This document shows, piece by piece, positions 1 to 10,823 of a DNA stretch of 32,433 nucleotides. The notes beneath the pieces are model-generated. The model had not been told where the DNA came from. It searched no databases and was given only the letters and a program-made list of their open reading frames with translations. Origin of the DNA: Gemmatimonadota bacterium (GTDB lineage Bacteria > Gemmatimonadota > Gemmatimonadetes > Gemmatimonadales > GWC2-71-9). Location of the stretch: positions 1-32,433 of the forward strand of contig JBDHKN010000054.1 of the NCBI GenBank assembly GCA_039586365.1. Reading direction: 5' to 3'. A program made the translations under genes and the position numbers. Within the stretch, counting starts at the first letter, position 1; each line of letters starts with the position of its first letter.

Positions 1-1
1 C

Positions 2-646
2 GTCGGCCGCGTCACACAAGCGCTCATCTCGGCGGACAAGGCGGGCATCGAGCTGCAGTTCCCGACTGCGGCTGCCATCGACCTGGCCGGACGGGACGTC
101 CTCGAGGCAGTCCAGGTCTCCGTGAATCCGAAGGTAATCGAGACACCGAAAGTCGCGGCCATGGCCAAGGACGGCATTCAGTTGATGGCAGTCGCGCGCG
201 TGACAGTGCGGGCGAACATCAAGCGCCTCGTCGGTGGCGCTGGCGAAGAGACGATCCTGGCTCGGGTCGGCGAGGGGATCGTCTCGACCATCGGTTCAGC
301 GGACTCTCACAGGGACGTGCTCGAGAACCCTGGCCACATTACTGAAACGGTGCTCGGTAAAGGGCTGGACGCCGGCACAGCCTATGAGATTCTCTCGATC
401 GACATCGCCGACGTGGACGTCGGCAGGAACATCGGCGCCGAGCTGCAGACGGATCAGGCTGAAGCCGACAAGCGGATCGCACAGGCCCAGGCGGAGAAGC
501 GGCGCGCGATGGCGGTGGCAGAGGAGCAGGAGATGACGGCTAGAACTCAAGAGATGCGGGCGCAAGTGGTCCAAGCTGAAGCTGAGGTGCCGCTGGCCCT
601 TGCTGAGGCATTTCGCGCTGGGCGCCTTGTCGCAACGCGTCCCTAG
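2..646 (+). CDS. floA: Flotillin-like protein FloA (YqfA family), 5' end outside window
   Basis: Frame from base 2 reads [16 protein letters not shown]...[25 protein letters not shown]...[19 protein letters not shown]...[28 protein letters not shown], the FloA signature. Confidence 0.93.
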   Translation, partial: VGRVTQALISADKAGIELQFPTAAAIDLAGRDVLEAVQVSVNPKVIETPKVAAMAKDGIQLMAVARVTVRANIKRLVGGAGEETILARVGEGIVSTIGSADSHRDVLENPGHITETVLGKGLDAGTAYEILSIDIADVDVGRNIGAELQTDQAEADKRIAQAQAEKRRAMAVAEEQEMTARTQEMRAQVVQAEAEVPLALAEAFRAGRLVATRP

Positions 647-728
647 CGGCAGCGAGATGAACGGTGACCTGCAGCGGATCACATCAAACGGATGACCGCT
701 CACGCGATCGTCTGCATCAGGAGGAGCA

Positions 729-971
729 TTGAACGAGCCCGATAGGCACAACACTGGCCCGCCGTTTTCTAAGGAGGATGTGGCGCTCATCCGTGAGGCG
801 GTCATGAATCCTGGCGCCCGCGTGACATGTCCGGGGTGCGGCTCCCCGCTCACCATTGAGACTGTCGCGGGTGAGGGGCAAGGAGCTGGCTGGCGGATAC
901 ACTGCGAGAAATGCAGGCGCAATCTTGTTGTCCACAGCCTGCCGGAGAGGCCAGCGAGCGAGCACGATTGA
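729..971 (+). CDS. Small putative Zn-ribbon protein
   Basis: GGAGGAG RBS before TTG; CPGC and CEKC pairs. Confidence 0.6.
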   Translation: MNEPDRHNTGPPFSKEDVALIREAVMNPGARVTCPGCGSPLTIETVAGEGQGAGWRIHCEKCRRNLVVHSLPERPASEHD

Positions 972-1184
972 TGGGTGTGCCGTCCCGGGCTGCGGAGGTA
1001 AAGGCTCTGGCGCGGCTGACCATCGCCTCAGGCCGTTGCGGCGCACCAAACTGGAATGCCTAGTCCTACTGTATGACAGGTCGTATGGCGTGGTAAACGG
1101 TAGGATCAGAGTTGATCCCGCTGGCCAGGCTCTAATGCGCCAGCAAGACAAACCTCGGTGCAAAACGCGTCTGGAGAGGGTTAA

Positions 1185-1385
1185 ATGGACGACAACGCGG
1201 TGATGCGGGCAGATCGAGAGACGGGTTACTCGTCCGGGGACGTGAAGGGGGCACGCCAAGTGATGCGCGACGCGAACGTACCGGAAGACAAGATCGCGTC
1301 GGTGTTGCGCCTCCTTGCCCAGGCCGCCGTGCTCGATGGTGAACGATCAACATTGGCGGCGTTGGCGCTCCGGGCCGCGGCGTAG
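1185..1385 (+). CDS. Small hypothetical protein (66 aa)
   Basis: GGAGAGG upstream of ATG, GC-rich third positions, helical composition; no recognised family. Confidence 0.4.
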   Translation: MDDNAVMRADRETGYSSGDVKGARQVMRDANVPEDKIASVLRLLAQAAVLDGERSTLAALALRAAA

Positions 1386-1472
1386 GCTGGCAGGGTGGAG
1401 TGAGCGAGAGAGCGTCGCACCGGTGTTGCGCGCCCGTCATGGAAGGAAGTCGTTGGGTTGAGGAGGGGACGC

Positions 1473-4400
1473 CTATCCGAGCACCACTTGGACCCGGTGC
1501 TCGAGACCGTCTTCGGACAGGGGCACGAGCGCCTCTACCGGAAGCGGGGTTCCGTCAAGACTGATGCTGGAAACACCGCGACAGACTGCATCCGGATTCT
1601 CGACCGCAATCCGATAGAGCGTGTCGCCATGACGATAGACGATCTCGAAGCGTTTCCAAGCGCGAGGGATGCACGGATCGATAGCGAGAGCGGAACCGCG
1701 CTTGCGGAATCCGAGAATCGACTCCAAGCCCGCGCGGTAGAGCCAAGCCGCAGCCCCGGTGTACCACGTCCATCCTCCCCGTCCCACGTGGGCGGGTGCG
1801 GAGTAGATATCTGCGGCGACGACGTAGGGCTCCACCTTGTAACGGTATGCGCTCGCACGACGGCTCGCATGGTGAATCGGATTGAGCAGGTCGAAGAGAT
1901 CGAGGCTCTTGTCTCCCTCGCCCAGCCGAGCGAATGCAATAACCGACCAGATCGCGGCGTGGGTGTACTGCCCACCGTTTTCACGGATGCCGGGCAGATA
2001 TCCTTTGATGTATCCGGGATCCCTATGTGTCTGGTCAAACGGCGGGGAAAAGAGCAGCAGTAGCCGGTCGTCCTGACGGACCAGCCGTCGTTCAACCGAT
2101 TCCATGGCCTGGCGCGCACGGTCCGGATCACCAGCGCCGGAGAGGACCGCCCAGGATTGGGCAATCGAGTCGATCTGGCATTCATCGTTCTGAGCCGATC
2201 CGAGCGGCGTCCCGTCATCGAAGAAAGCGCGCTTGTACCACTCCCCGTCCCATGCTTCCCTGTCCAGTGAGGCCGCAAGAGATGCCGCCGCCGTCCGCCA
2301 ATGTGCTGCACGCTTCTCTTCCTCTCGGCGGTCGGCGATGGCTGCAAACTCGCTCAAGTTCACATGGAGAAACCAACCCAGCCACACGCTTTCTCCACGA
2401 CCCGCTCGACCAACACGGTTCATCCCGTCGTTCCAGTCGCCCCCACCGATCAACGGGAGACCATGACTGCCTGCGTCGAGACTTCGATCTAGTGCCCGCG
2501 CACAGTGTTCAAACAGTGTCGATCGGTCTTCGGATACCTCAGGTTCGAAGTAGGATTCTTGCTCTTGCTCCTCGAGGATCGGCCCCTGGAGCCATGGGAT
2601 CGTCTCGTCGAGCACGCCCCAGTCCTCGGTTACCGCTAGATATTGAGCCACTGCATAAGGCAGCCACAGGCGGTCGTCGGAGATTCGCGTCCGTACCCCG
2701 CGCCCGGTTGGGGGATGCCACCAATGCTGGACGTCTCCCTCAGGGAACTGCCGGGCGGCCGCCCGCAGGATGTGCTCGCGCGCGATATCGGGCCGCGCCA
2801 CCAACAGCGCCATGACATCTTGTAGCTGGTCGCGGAAGCCGTATGCCCCTCCGGACTGGTAGAAGGCGGAGCGGGACCAGAGGCGACAGGAAAGCGTCTG
2901 ATAGAGTAGCCAGCGGTTGAGCAGCAGATCCATCGAAGCGTCCGGCGTCCGGACCTGTACCGTGCCGAGCACAGTGTCCCACCGCTCCTGGACCTGGCGG
3001 AGCAGCGCGGCACAATCCTCCCCACGATATCGTTCAATCAACGTGCGCGCCTGTTCGGGACTCTCTCCCTGTCCAAGTAGGAACAGCACCTCGACGCGCT
3101 GCCCTGGCTGCAGCTCCACCTCCGTTTGCAGCGCGGCGCAGGGGTCCAGGGTCGCGCCGGTCGTTCCCGATAACTCATCGCCCCGCTCGAGCGAGGCCGG
3201 GTGGTCGAGGCTCGCATTGCGGCCCAGGAAGTCGAGGCGGTCGCAGGTCCAAGACATTTGGCGGCCACCCAGATCGGCGAAGGCGACCCGACTCGCGAAC
3301 TCACCGTTCCAGGCGTTGCGCGCGAACGTGGCGCCGGTCTCTTGATCGATCTCGGTGACCACGTAAGGTGCGGAGCGGCTGCGCGTGACGCCCAGCACCC
3401 ACTCCGCATAGGCGGTGATCGAAAGCCGACGTTTGCGACTGGACCGATTCACCAACGTGAGGCGCGAGATCTTGATCGGGTCGCCCGGCGGCACGAACTG
3501 CAGCAGATCCAGCGCGATGCCGTGAGACGTGTGCTCGAAGCGACTGTAACCCCGACCGTGTCGGATGACGTAGGGCGAGGCTTCTTCGCGAATCGGCAGG
3601 CATGTCGGTCCCCAAATCAGGCCACTGTCCAGATCGCGCACGTAGAACGCCTCGCCCGGCGTGTCGCTGACCGGATCGTTCGACCACGGCGTCAGCTTGT
3701 TCTCCCGGGAGTTCACAGACCAGGTGTAGCCGGAGCCCGACTCCGAAACTTGGAATCCGAAGTCTGGATTCCCCACTACGTTGATCCAGGGAGCCGGCGT
3801 CCACTGTCCCTGGCCCAGCAGCGTGACGTACTCGCGGCCGTCCTGCGAGAATCCTCCCAGACCGTTGAAGTGCTCGAGATCGAGCGTTGGGGGGGGTACG
3901 GGTTCGGCTTCCTCGCGCGGCGTGCGGAGCCGGGGCGGCACCGGTCCCGGCCTCAAGCGCTGCAGCCGGATCACCTGCTCGGACAGCGTGCCCCTGTTCG
4001 CCAGGACCACCACGCGGGCCGCCGAACGCAGCAAGAGCAGATCCTCCGCAGGCAACAGGTCCTCCCGCAGCACGAAGACGTTCCCCAGTCCCCCGTCGGT
4101 CTCACCGCCGAGCGCGGACTGACTCGCCCGCACCATGGCTTCAAACGCTTCCTGGAGATCTTGGGCGTAGGAGGTGCCCGTCGCATTCAGTATCACGAAG
4201 TCGGAGGTGATCCCCTTGAGGCGCCAGTACTCGTGCGCCCGCAGCAGCTGCCTCGCGACGTCCCGCTCCTCCTCGCGCTCGACTCGTACGACGGCGATCG
4301 GGAGATCGCCGGAGATGCCGTAAGCCCAGAGCCCCGACGGACCCCGACGGTTGGTGGCCAGTTCCTCGGCTGTGGTGCGCAACGTGCGATCGTTGTAGAG

Positions 4401-7400
4401 CAGACGATTGGCCAGACGTTGGAACAGATGCGCTTCGTCCTGGGTGATCCGGAGGTGGTGCAGCTGGACCTGCGCGTACATCCAGGCTAGTGAACTCTCT
4501 CGCTCGAAGGTCCCCGGCTGGCGGTACTTCACCGCTGTGTCGAGAGCTTCTTCCCGCGAGGGCGCCACCAGCGTGGTGAAGACGAGACGAACCGTTCCGC
4601 CAGGCGGGATCGCTACCCGATACCGGAGGCTCACCATCGGATCCAGAATGGTCCCCGCGGTGTTCGTTAGCGGTTCGCCCTCTATCACCGAGACCGGCGT
4701 CCTGACCCCGCGGCCCCGGCCCACAAAGCGCGCGCGGTCGCTCTCGTATTCGCACGTGCCGACGATCTCCCCCTCGACTGCGGCGACGTGAGCCAGCCAT
4801 GGTTGTGGCTCGTCAGCCGAACGGGCGCGTCGGGTCGCCAGCAGCGTCTCGAGCTCAGGAACGATTTCGGTTTCCACAAAGAGATTCGAAAAGACCGGAT
4901 GGGCCTCGTCGGCAGCCTGCGGGGCAAGGGCGACCTCTGCATAGGATGTGAAATCGATCTCACGATCTCGGTTTTCCAGATTGGTCACCGTCAGCTGGCG
5001 CAGTTCGGCATCGTCTTCGGGCGAGACCACGATGTCGAGCGTGATCGACAGTGACCGGTCGCGCTGCATAATCTTGGCCCGGTCTTCGGCATAAACGACG
5101 TTGTACTTGTCCACTTCGGTACCGCTCGGCTGGAACCCGGCCGACCAGACATCACCGCTTTTCGCGTCCCGCAAGAAGATGAAGGTGCCCCAACAGTCAC
5201 GGGTCGTGTCCTCACGCCATCGGGTCACGGCGAGGTTGTGCCACCGGCTGAAGCCGGAGCCCGCCGCAGTGACCATGACCAGGTACCGACCATTCGACAG
5301 GAGATGGGTGCGCGGCGGGATGTCGTGCGGCGATTCGAACCGCCGCAGGGTTGGTGACACGAGGTCACGAATGTGGACGGCCACCTGTACTTCCTCGCCG
5401 CGCGGTCGGGTTACGGCCACCGCACGCGGCGTACGTTCCTGCAGCAAGAGCTCCGATGCCTGGATCATGGGATGCGCGTGGAAGCGTCTCTGGGTGAGGC
5501 CCTGGTGAACCACGTTGCCCAGGGAGACGATTGTCATCCCCTGATGGTGCGCCATACATGCCCGAACCACGGCCACCCGCTCGTCTTCCGGAAGCCTCGA
5601 TGGCGTGAAATCCAACGCTTCGTAGAATCCGTAGGCGCTGCGGGCCCCGGCATCTTCGAGGTGGGCGATGTTGTCGATGGCGGCTTTGGGATCGACCATA
5701 GCCGCGAGTGCGGTGGCGTAGGGAGCCACCACCACGTCCTCGAATAGCCCGCGCTTGAGTCCCAGGCCGGGCACACCGAAATCCGAGTACTGATAGGTCA
5801 GTTTGACATCGCGCACGTTGTAGGCTGACTCGGAAACTCCCCAGGGGACCCCTCGTTCCGCGCCATACCGTACCTGGCGCCCCACCACGAGGCGGCTGGT
5901 GAGATCCAGCAGGCTGCGGGCGGGCTGCTCCATCACCAGCAGCGGCATCAGGTATTCGAACATCGAACCCGACCAAGAAACCAGCGCCGCCCCATGGCCC
6001 ACCGGCGTGAGGGACCGGCCGAGGAGAAACCAGTGCCGTGGCGACACATCTCCCTTGGCGATGGCCACAAAACTCGCCAGCCTCGCCTCCGAGGCCAGCA
6101 GGTCATAGCAGCTGGGGTCGAGTGTGTTGTCGGCCACCCGGAAGCCGATGGAGAACAGCTTGCGCGACGAATCGAAGAGGAACCGGAAGTCCATCGCCAG
6201 GGCCATCTGTTCCGCCTGGAGGGCGACGGCAGAGAGGCGGTGATCAAGAGTGATCGCCGCCGCCGCAGACGCGTCCGAGTCCTCAGCTTGGAGCATCACT
6301 AGATCACGTGCGTGACTCCGGACGGTGTCCCGGACGGCGGTTGCCCAGGCCAAAACATCCGGGCCGGACTCCTGCCCCGCGGCGGCTGAAACTGTGCGGA
6401 CGATGTCCAGCAGATTCTCCGCTCGGGCCTCCAACTGCTCAAGCCGGGAACCCCATTCGGGAATCGACGATGGGGGATCATCCAGACCGGCCGAAATCGC
6501 GTTTAGGGCCTCCCGCACCTGCAACGCGGTGACCGTTTCCGTGCGGGCGCCGAACTTTGACCTTGCCAGCGAATCGAGCACTGGCTCGAGAGCGTCGCGG
6601 ATCCCATCCAAGATCTGTGGGCCCAACAGCGGTCGCTGTGCAAGCTGGCGGCATCCTTGAGACAGTGCGATGAGATGCCCCGCGAGATTCCCACTGTCGA
6701 CGGTGGAGATGTAGAGGGGATCGAGCGGCCGGAGGTCCCTGGTGTCGTACCAATTGAAGAAGTGACCATGTAACCGGCGCATGGTGGTCAACGTCTCCAG
6801 GGTAGCCTCGAGCCGTTGCACCATATCCGAGATCCCAATCCAGCCGAAGTCGTGGGCTACCATGGTGCTCAGGAGGTACAGCCCCATATTGGTCGGCGAG
6901 GTGCGGTGGGCGACCACCGGCTCGGGATCCTCCTGGAAGTTGTCGGGCGGGAGAGCGTGCTCCTCCGCTTTCACGAACGTCTCGAAGAAGCGCCAGGTGC
7001 GCCGGGCAATGAGCCGTAAAGTGCGCGTCTCAAGCGGCGAAAGGCGCTGTTTTTCAGCGAGCTTCACCGGAACGCTCAGGCGCCAGGCCAGAATGGGGGC
7101 CAGGCCCCAGAGGAGCACCAAGGGTGCGGCAACCGGCCACGCTCCCAGCTTGAACATCACGAACAGAACGCAGACGCCCGAGGCTAGAACCACGCTCCAG
7201 CGAAGGTGCCAGTAGAAGCTGCGAAGCCTCAGGTCGACTCCGTACCCGGCCTGCGCGGCTGGGACCCACTCGAGCAGCTGTCGCTTGGTGACATAGAGTC
7301 GCCCGAGCGTGCGCACCACGGCATCCGCCATGTAGCGGGCCTGGTGCGCCAGCGTGGCGATCGCAAGCAGCACCTGCAGCGAAGCAACCTGGATGTCGTG

Positions 7401-10145
7401 GCCCGTGCCGCGCAGGTGATTCCGCTTCGAGAACCCTTGCCTCCGCGGGAGCAGATCGTCGAGCACCGGCATGAACGCGGGCAACGCGATTGCTGCCAGG
7501 AACAGACCGGTCCACAACAGCGGAGAGACGGCGGGCAGGGTCCAGGCGGCTACGCCAAGTAGAAAGGCCGCGGGCGCCGCGAGGCTGCGGCGCAGGTTGT
7601 CCAGCATCTTCCATCTACCGTGCACGGGAATGCGTCCGCGCTGCCCCCTCCCAGGCTCGTCGTCCTTGTGGCCAAGGATCCAGGGGAGCAGCTGCCAATC
7701 GCCCCGCACCCAGCGGTGGTTGCGGCGGACGGCCACCTCGTAGTTGGTGGGAAACTCCTCGAACAGGTCGATATCGGTGACGAGTCCGGCCCGTGCGAAC
7801 AGCCCCTCGAACAGATCGTGACTCAGCAGCGCGTTCTCCGGCACCCGTCCCGCAAGCGCCGTCTGGAACGCGTCGACGTCGTAGATCCCCTTTCCCGTGT
7901 AGGACCCCTCCCCGAACAGGTCCTGATAGACGTCAGATACCGCCGCCGCATAGGGGTCCACGCCCCCGGGGCCCGACACGATCCGCTGGTAGGTCGTACT
8001 TCCCGGCCCAGTCGGCAGGGACGGTGTGATCCGCGGCTGGAGGATCGCGTATCCCTCGACCACCCGCCCTATCTCGGGGTCGAGGCGCGGACGATTCAAC
8101 GGGTGGGCCATCGCCCCAACGAGGCGGTAGGCGGCCCGTCCGGGAAGTCGGGTGTCGGCATCCAATGTGATGACGTAGCGGACGCCCTGCGGCACGGTGG
8201 GCGGTATGCCCTTGATCGGAATGAACGTGGTATCGGTGGCGCCGCGGAGCAGCCGGTTCAGTTCGTGCAGCTTCCCCCGCTTTCGCTCCCAGCCCATCCA
8301 CCTGCCTTCCCCCTCGTTCCAGAGGCGTCGACGGTGCAGTAGGATGAACCGCTCCCCTCCCCCGGGCGGACTCCCGTATCGCTCGTTGAGACCGGCTATC
8401 CCGTCGGCCAGCGCGGCGAGGAGATCCTCGTCGCCAGGCATGTGTTCGTTGGCGGCGTCCGACCAATCCGTCAGGAGTGCGAAATGGAGATGGCCCTCAG
8501 GATTCGCCAAGTGGTGCACCTGGAGCCGTTCGATGGACTCATCGATGTCCGCGCGGCTGGAGAGCAGTGTGGGTACCACGACCATAGTTCGCAGCTCCGC
8601 AGGCACGCCGCGATCGAGTTCGAGCTTGCAGAGCAACCGGGGTGGAACGATGAGAGCAACCAGGCGATGGACCAGGGACACCGCGATATCAGAGGCGGGT
8701 ACGAAGGCGAGGATCCCCAGGAGGATGAGGATCGGTACGCCTACTCCCGCGCTCCAGCTCACGAACAGAGGGCCGGAGAGAACGAGAGCAGTGAGGACGG
8801 CGATTAGTCCGAAATAGCCGGAAACCGCATGGGCACGCCACGCGCGTCGGATCCGGATTCGCACGGGGACGCGATAGCCCAGCTGCCTCTCGAAAGCCCA
8901 CCTGCCACGCGAAACCAAGTAGTATCCGGGGTCCTCTTCGGGACGCTCGGGAACTGCGAGAGCCTCTGACTGGTGTTCCGACGGGGCGGTCTCCTCGTCC
9001 GGGCAGGGTTGCGGGGAGGTGCGCTCTCGTTCGCGCCGTGCTTCACGGGCCAGCCGCACAGCTTCGCCTGCCACCTCCAGTTCCGATCGCTTTGAACCCC
9101 GGGACAGTTCCTCGACGGCAGCCCGGTACTTGTCGCGAGTGGCGAAATCCATCGCAGCGAACCCCGGAACCGTTCGCAGGGTCTCGTCCACCAAACTCAC
9201 GCTCTCGAAAAACCCCGGCCAGCTGATGGAGGACATCCACCGCATGCTGGTGATGATGTTCCGGACCGTGATGTTCGCTGCGGCCTCAGCCTGATGTGCC
9301 TGAGCCACAACTTCGCTGGGGGAGGTCCCCTGGGCGGCCAGGTTCTCGTTCAGCCAGTCGAGGGCCGGTGTGACTGACGGCGCCTGGTCACGGAGCCGCT
9401 GCAGCAATTGCACCGCGAACGCGCTGGCCAGGGGAGCGTTGCCAAGACCGTCCAACACGTCCTCCGCGCGCTCCGCCCGCCGGCCGCTGAGGCCCAGCAG
9501 ACGATCCGCTACCTCATCTGCGCTTGCGCGACCGTGGCGGGCGCGGATGATTAGCTCCGACAACCGTCGCAGGTTTTCCAGCAGGGCGACTCGCAGGTGG
9601 ATCGCGACCGCCCAGAGTTCACCGATGCCGAGGGGTTGAACGCGCTGGTAAGCCCGAACGAATGCCTGCAGCGTCCCCACATCGAACCGACTGTCGGTAT
9701 GGGCCACGTAGGCCCACGCTAGCCCATAAACGCGCGGGTATCCTCCGAGATGTCGGCCCTCGGCGATCTTCGGCAGCAGCTTGTAGAAGCTGAGCGGGAG
9801 GTGATCCCGAACATCCCGGATCTGCCCATCCACGACGTGAAAGTTGTCGAGCAGCCATTCCTCGGCCTGCATGATCTGGTTCTTTTGTCGAACCGCCTCG
9901 ACGATGTTCCGGTACCCGGCGAGCAGCACGCGCCCGTTCTCGCGGACCCGCGGAAGGAGTGCTCGCCCTTTGAATCGTTCGTCACCGGTAGGCTGGGCTG
10001 CGGCGAGAGTCTCCGCATGTTGCTGGAGTCGTTCGATGCCGAACACCTCGGCGCGGATCGGCTGTTCCACTTCAGAAGGAGCTGCGACCAGCGCGTCTTT
10101 GGTGTTCACTTCGAGTTCCGCGTCCGAACGTCCGAACGTGCGCAC
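1473..10145 (-). CDS. ndvB: Cyclic beta-1,2-glucan synthase (GT84 + glucoamylase-like + GH94 phosphorylase domains)
   Basis: 2890 aa; EWLLDNF, WMGWERKRGKL, YVITLDADT, LSHDLFEG, HRWVRGDWQL, SWSGSMFEYLMP, GAYGFRDQLQD, DWNDGMN, ENGGQYTHAA and GRGGWTWYTG motifs of Cgs/NdvB/ChvB. Confidence 0.95.
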   Translation of the reverse strand: MRTFGRSDAELEVNTKDALVAAPSEVEQPIRAEVFGIERLQQHAETLAAAQPTGDERFKGRALLPRVRENGRVLLAGYRNIVEAVRQKNQIMQAEEWLLDNFHVVDGQIRDVRDHLPLSFYKLLPKIAEGRHLGGYPRVYGLAWAYVAHTDSRFDVGTLQAFVRAYQRVQPLGIGELWAVAIHLRVALLENLRRLSELIIRARHGRASADEVADRLLGLSGRRAERAEDVLDGLGNAPLASAFAVQLLQRLRDQAPSVTPALDWLNENLAAQGTSPSEVVAQAHQAEAAANITVRNIITSMRWMSSISWPGFFESVSLVDETLRTVPGFAAMDFATRDKYRAAVEELSRGSKRSELEVAGEAVRLAREARRERERTSPQPCPDEETAPSEHQSEALAVPERPEEDPGYYLVSRGRWAFERQLGYRVPVRIRIRRAWRAHAVSGYFGLIAVLTALVLSGPLFVSWSAGVGVPILILLGILAFVPASDIAVSLVHRLVALIVPPRLLCKLELDRGVPAELRTMVVVPTLLSSRADIDESIERLQVHHLANPEGHLHFALLTDWSDAANEHMPGDEDLLAALADGIAGLNERYGSPPGGGERFILLHRRRLWNEGEGRWMGWERKRGKLHELNRLLRGATDTTFIPIKGIPPTVPQGVRYVITLDADTRLPGRAAYRLVGAMAHPLNRPRLDPEIGRVVEGYAILQPRITPSLPTGPGSTTYQRIVSGPGGVDPYAAAVSDVYQDLFGEGSYTGKGIYDVDAFQTALAGRVPENALLSHDLFEGLFARAGLVTDIDLFEEFPTNYEVAVRRNHRWVRGDWQLLPWILGHKDDEPGRGQRGRIPVHGRWKMLDNLRRSLAAPAAFLLGVAAWTLPAVSPLLWTGLFLAAIALPAFMPVLDDLLPRRQGFSKRNHLRGTGHDIQVASLQVLLAIATLAHQARYMADAVVRTLGRLYVTKRQLLEWVPAAQAGYGVDLRLRSFYWHLRWSVVLASGVCVLFVMFKLGAWPVAAPLVLLWGLAPILAWRLSVPVKLAEKQRLSPLETRTLRLIARRTWRFFETFVKAEEHALPPDNFQEDPEPVVAHRTSPTNMGLYLLSTMVAHDFGWIGISDMVQRLEATLETLTTMRRLHGHFFNWYDTRDLRPLDPLYISTVDSGNLAGHLIALSQGCRQLAQRPLLGPQILDGIRDALEPVLDSLARSKFGARTETVTALQVREALNAISAGLDDPPSSIPEWGSRLEQLEARAENLLDIVRTVSAAAGQESGPDVLAWATAVRDTVRSHARDLVMLQAEDSDASAAAAITLDHRLSAVALQAEQMALAMDFRFLFDSSRKLFSIGFRVADNTLDPSCYDLLASEARLASFVAIAKGDVSPRHWFLLGRSLTPVGHGAALVSWSGSMFEYLMPLLVMEQPARSLLDLTSRLVVGRQVRYGAERGVPWGVSESAYNVRDVKLTYQYSDFGVPGLGLKRGLFEDVVVAPYATALAAMVDPKAAIDNIAHLEDAGARSAYGFYEALDFTPSRLPEDERVAVVRACMAHHQGMTIVSLGNVVHQGLTQRRFHAHPMIQASELLLQERTPRAVAVTRPRGEEVQVAVHIRDLVSPTLRRFESPHDIPPRTHLLSNGRYLVMVTAAGSGFSRWHNLAVTRWREDTTRDCWGTFIFLRDAKSGDVWSAGFQPSGTEVDKYNVVYAEDRAKIMQRDRSLSITLDIVVSPEDDAELRQLTVTNLENRDREIDFTSYAEVALAPQAADEAHPVFSNLFVETEIVPELETLLATRRARSADEPQPWLAHVAAVEGEIVGTCEYESDRARFVGRGRGVRTPVSVIEGEPLTNTAGTILDPMVSLRYRVAIPPGGTVRLVFTTLVAPSREEALDTAVKYRQPGTFERESSLAWMYAQVQLHHLRITQDEAHLFQRLANRLLYNDRTLRTTAEELATNRRGPSGLWAYGISGDLPIAVVRVEREEERDVARQLLRAHEYWRLKGITSDFVILNATGTSYAQDLQEAFEAMVRASQSALGGETDGGLGNVFVLREDLLPAEDLLLLRSAARVVVLANRGTLSEQVIRLQRLRPGPVPPRLRTPREEAEPVPPPTLDLEHFNGLGGFSQDGREYVTLLGQGQWTPAPWINVVGNPDFGFQVSESGSGYTWSVNSRENKLTPWSNDPVSDTPGEAFYVRDLDSGLIWGPTCLPIREEASPYVIRHGRGYSRFEHTSHGIALDLLQFVPPGDPIKISRLTLVNRSSRKRRLSITAYAEWVLGVTRSRSAPYVVTEIDQETGATFARNAWNGEFASRVAFADLGGRQMSWTCDRLDFLGRNASLDHPASLERGDELSGTTGATLDPCAALQTEVELQPGQRVEVLFLLGQGESPEQARTLIERYRGEDCAALLRQVQERWDTVLGTVQVRTPDASMDLLLNRWLLYQTLSCRLWSRSAFYQSGGAYGFRDQLQDVMALLVARPDIAREHILRAAARQFPEGDVQHWWHPPTGRGVRTRISDDRLWLPYAVAQYLAVTEDWGVLDETIPWLQGPILEEQEQESYFEPEVSEDRSTLFEHCARALDRSLDAGSHGLPLIGGGDWNDGMNRVGRAGRGESVWLGWFLHVNLSEFAAIADRREEEKRAAHWRTAAASLAASLDREAWDGEWYKRAFFDDGTPLGSAQNDECQIDSIAQSWAVLSGAGDPDRARQAMESVERRLVRQDDRLLLLFSPPFDQTHRDPGYIKGYLPGIRENGGQYTHAAIWSVIAFARLGEGDKSLDLFDLLNPIHHASRRASAYRYKVEPYVVAADIYSAPAHVGRGGWTWYTGAAAWLYRAGLESILGFRKRGSALAIDPCIPRAWKRFEIVYRHGDTLYRIAVENPDAVCRGVSSISLDGTPLPVEALVPLSEDGLEHRVQVVLG

Positions 10146-10466
10146 TTGATCACGAGTCTTGGTCCCCTTGCTGCCACCGCAGCCAGACTACATGCCTTGT
10201 CTGGAGACAGGTGCACCGGCCAGTTGCGGGGACACCCCGATTTGTCTCAGCAGCCCCTCCGCAGTAGTTCTGTCGCGTACGCCTGGTGGGATATGGAGGC
10301 ATTGTCATCCACTGAATTCGTCTATTGGGAATGCCGCTACACTTGGCATCGCGTTCGAGTATGCTCGTCACCTGACGATCCCGTCGGCAATTCCGAGACC
10401 GCCATACGGATCCAAGATTCTCGGTCACGCCCTGTCAATCATAACATGATGTCGTCAGCCGGCGGC

Positions 10467-10588
10467 ATCCTCGTTTCGGCGGTGGACGCCCCCTCCGCGC
10501 CGCACCCCCGCTCGCGTCTGCTGCGCAACAATTGCGTCCCTGGCGATCCCAAAAGCCCCTTCCTGACGGGGCTTCCGCGTGTGTGTGC
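10467..10588 (+). repeat. Copy 1 of a 122-bp dispersed direct repeat (degenerate tRNA-Phe 3' half plus hairpin)
   Basis: Aligns ungapped with 24155-24276; about 20 mismatches in 122 by manual count. Confidence 0.9.
10551..10574 (-). terminator. Hairpin/terminator-like element inside repeat copy 1
   Basis: AAGCCCC-N8-GGGGCTT; ends in GGGGCTTTT on the minus strand; stem identical in copy 2. Confidence 0.5.
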
Positions 10589-10616
10589 CCTGGCTTCACT
10601 GCCCGACAGCCCTCGA

Positions 10617-10634
10617 ATGTGCGTAGATGTGCGT
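10617..10634 (+). repeat. Tandem ATGTGCGT dimer, putative integrase arm-type site
   Basis: ATGTGCGT at 10617 and 10627 (10-bp period); related motif at 14064, 24021 and 26143-26161 (minus). Confidence 0.55.
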
Positions 10635-10691
10635 TGGGCAAGCTCCGACTGCCACCCCTGAAACCTTCTGCCTAATTCTGACGTTCTGGTG

Positions 10692-10729
10692 TATAGATGG
10701 ATCATCCATATAGTGGACGGTCCACATAT
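10692..10729 (+). promoter_or_regulatory. Putative PadR operator (two tandem palindromes)
   Basis: ATGGA-TCA-TCCAT (10697-10709) and GTGGA-CGG-TCCAC (10713-10725), 16-bp period, upstream of padR. Confidence 0.65.
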
Positions 10730-10823
10730 CGGTCCTGGTGACGCTGGGGTTGGCAACGTGGTTGGCGCCGGCCTGGCCAGCGGAGGATCCCGGGGCCCGC
10801 AACAGCCATCACGGGGGCTCACG

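Noticed and set aside
1458..10149. Many long antisense or alternate-frame ORFs over ndvB and the ADOP genes
   Set aside because: Shadow ORFs expected in high-GC coding DNA; no recognisable motifs.
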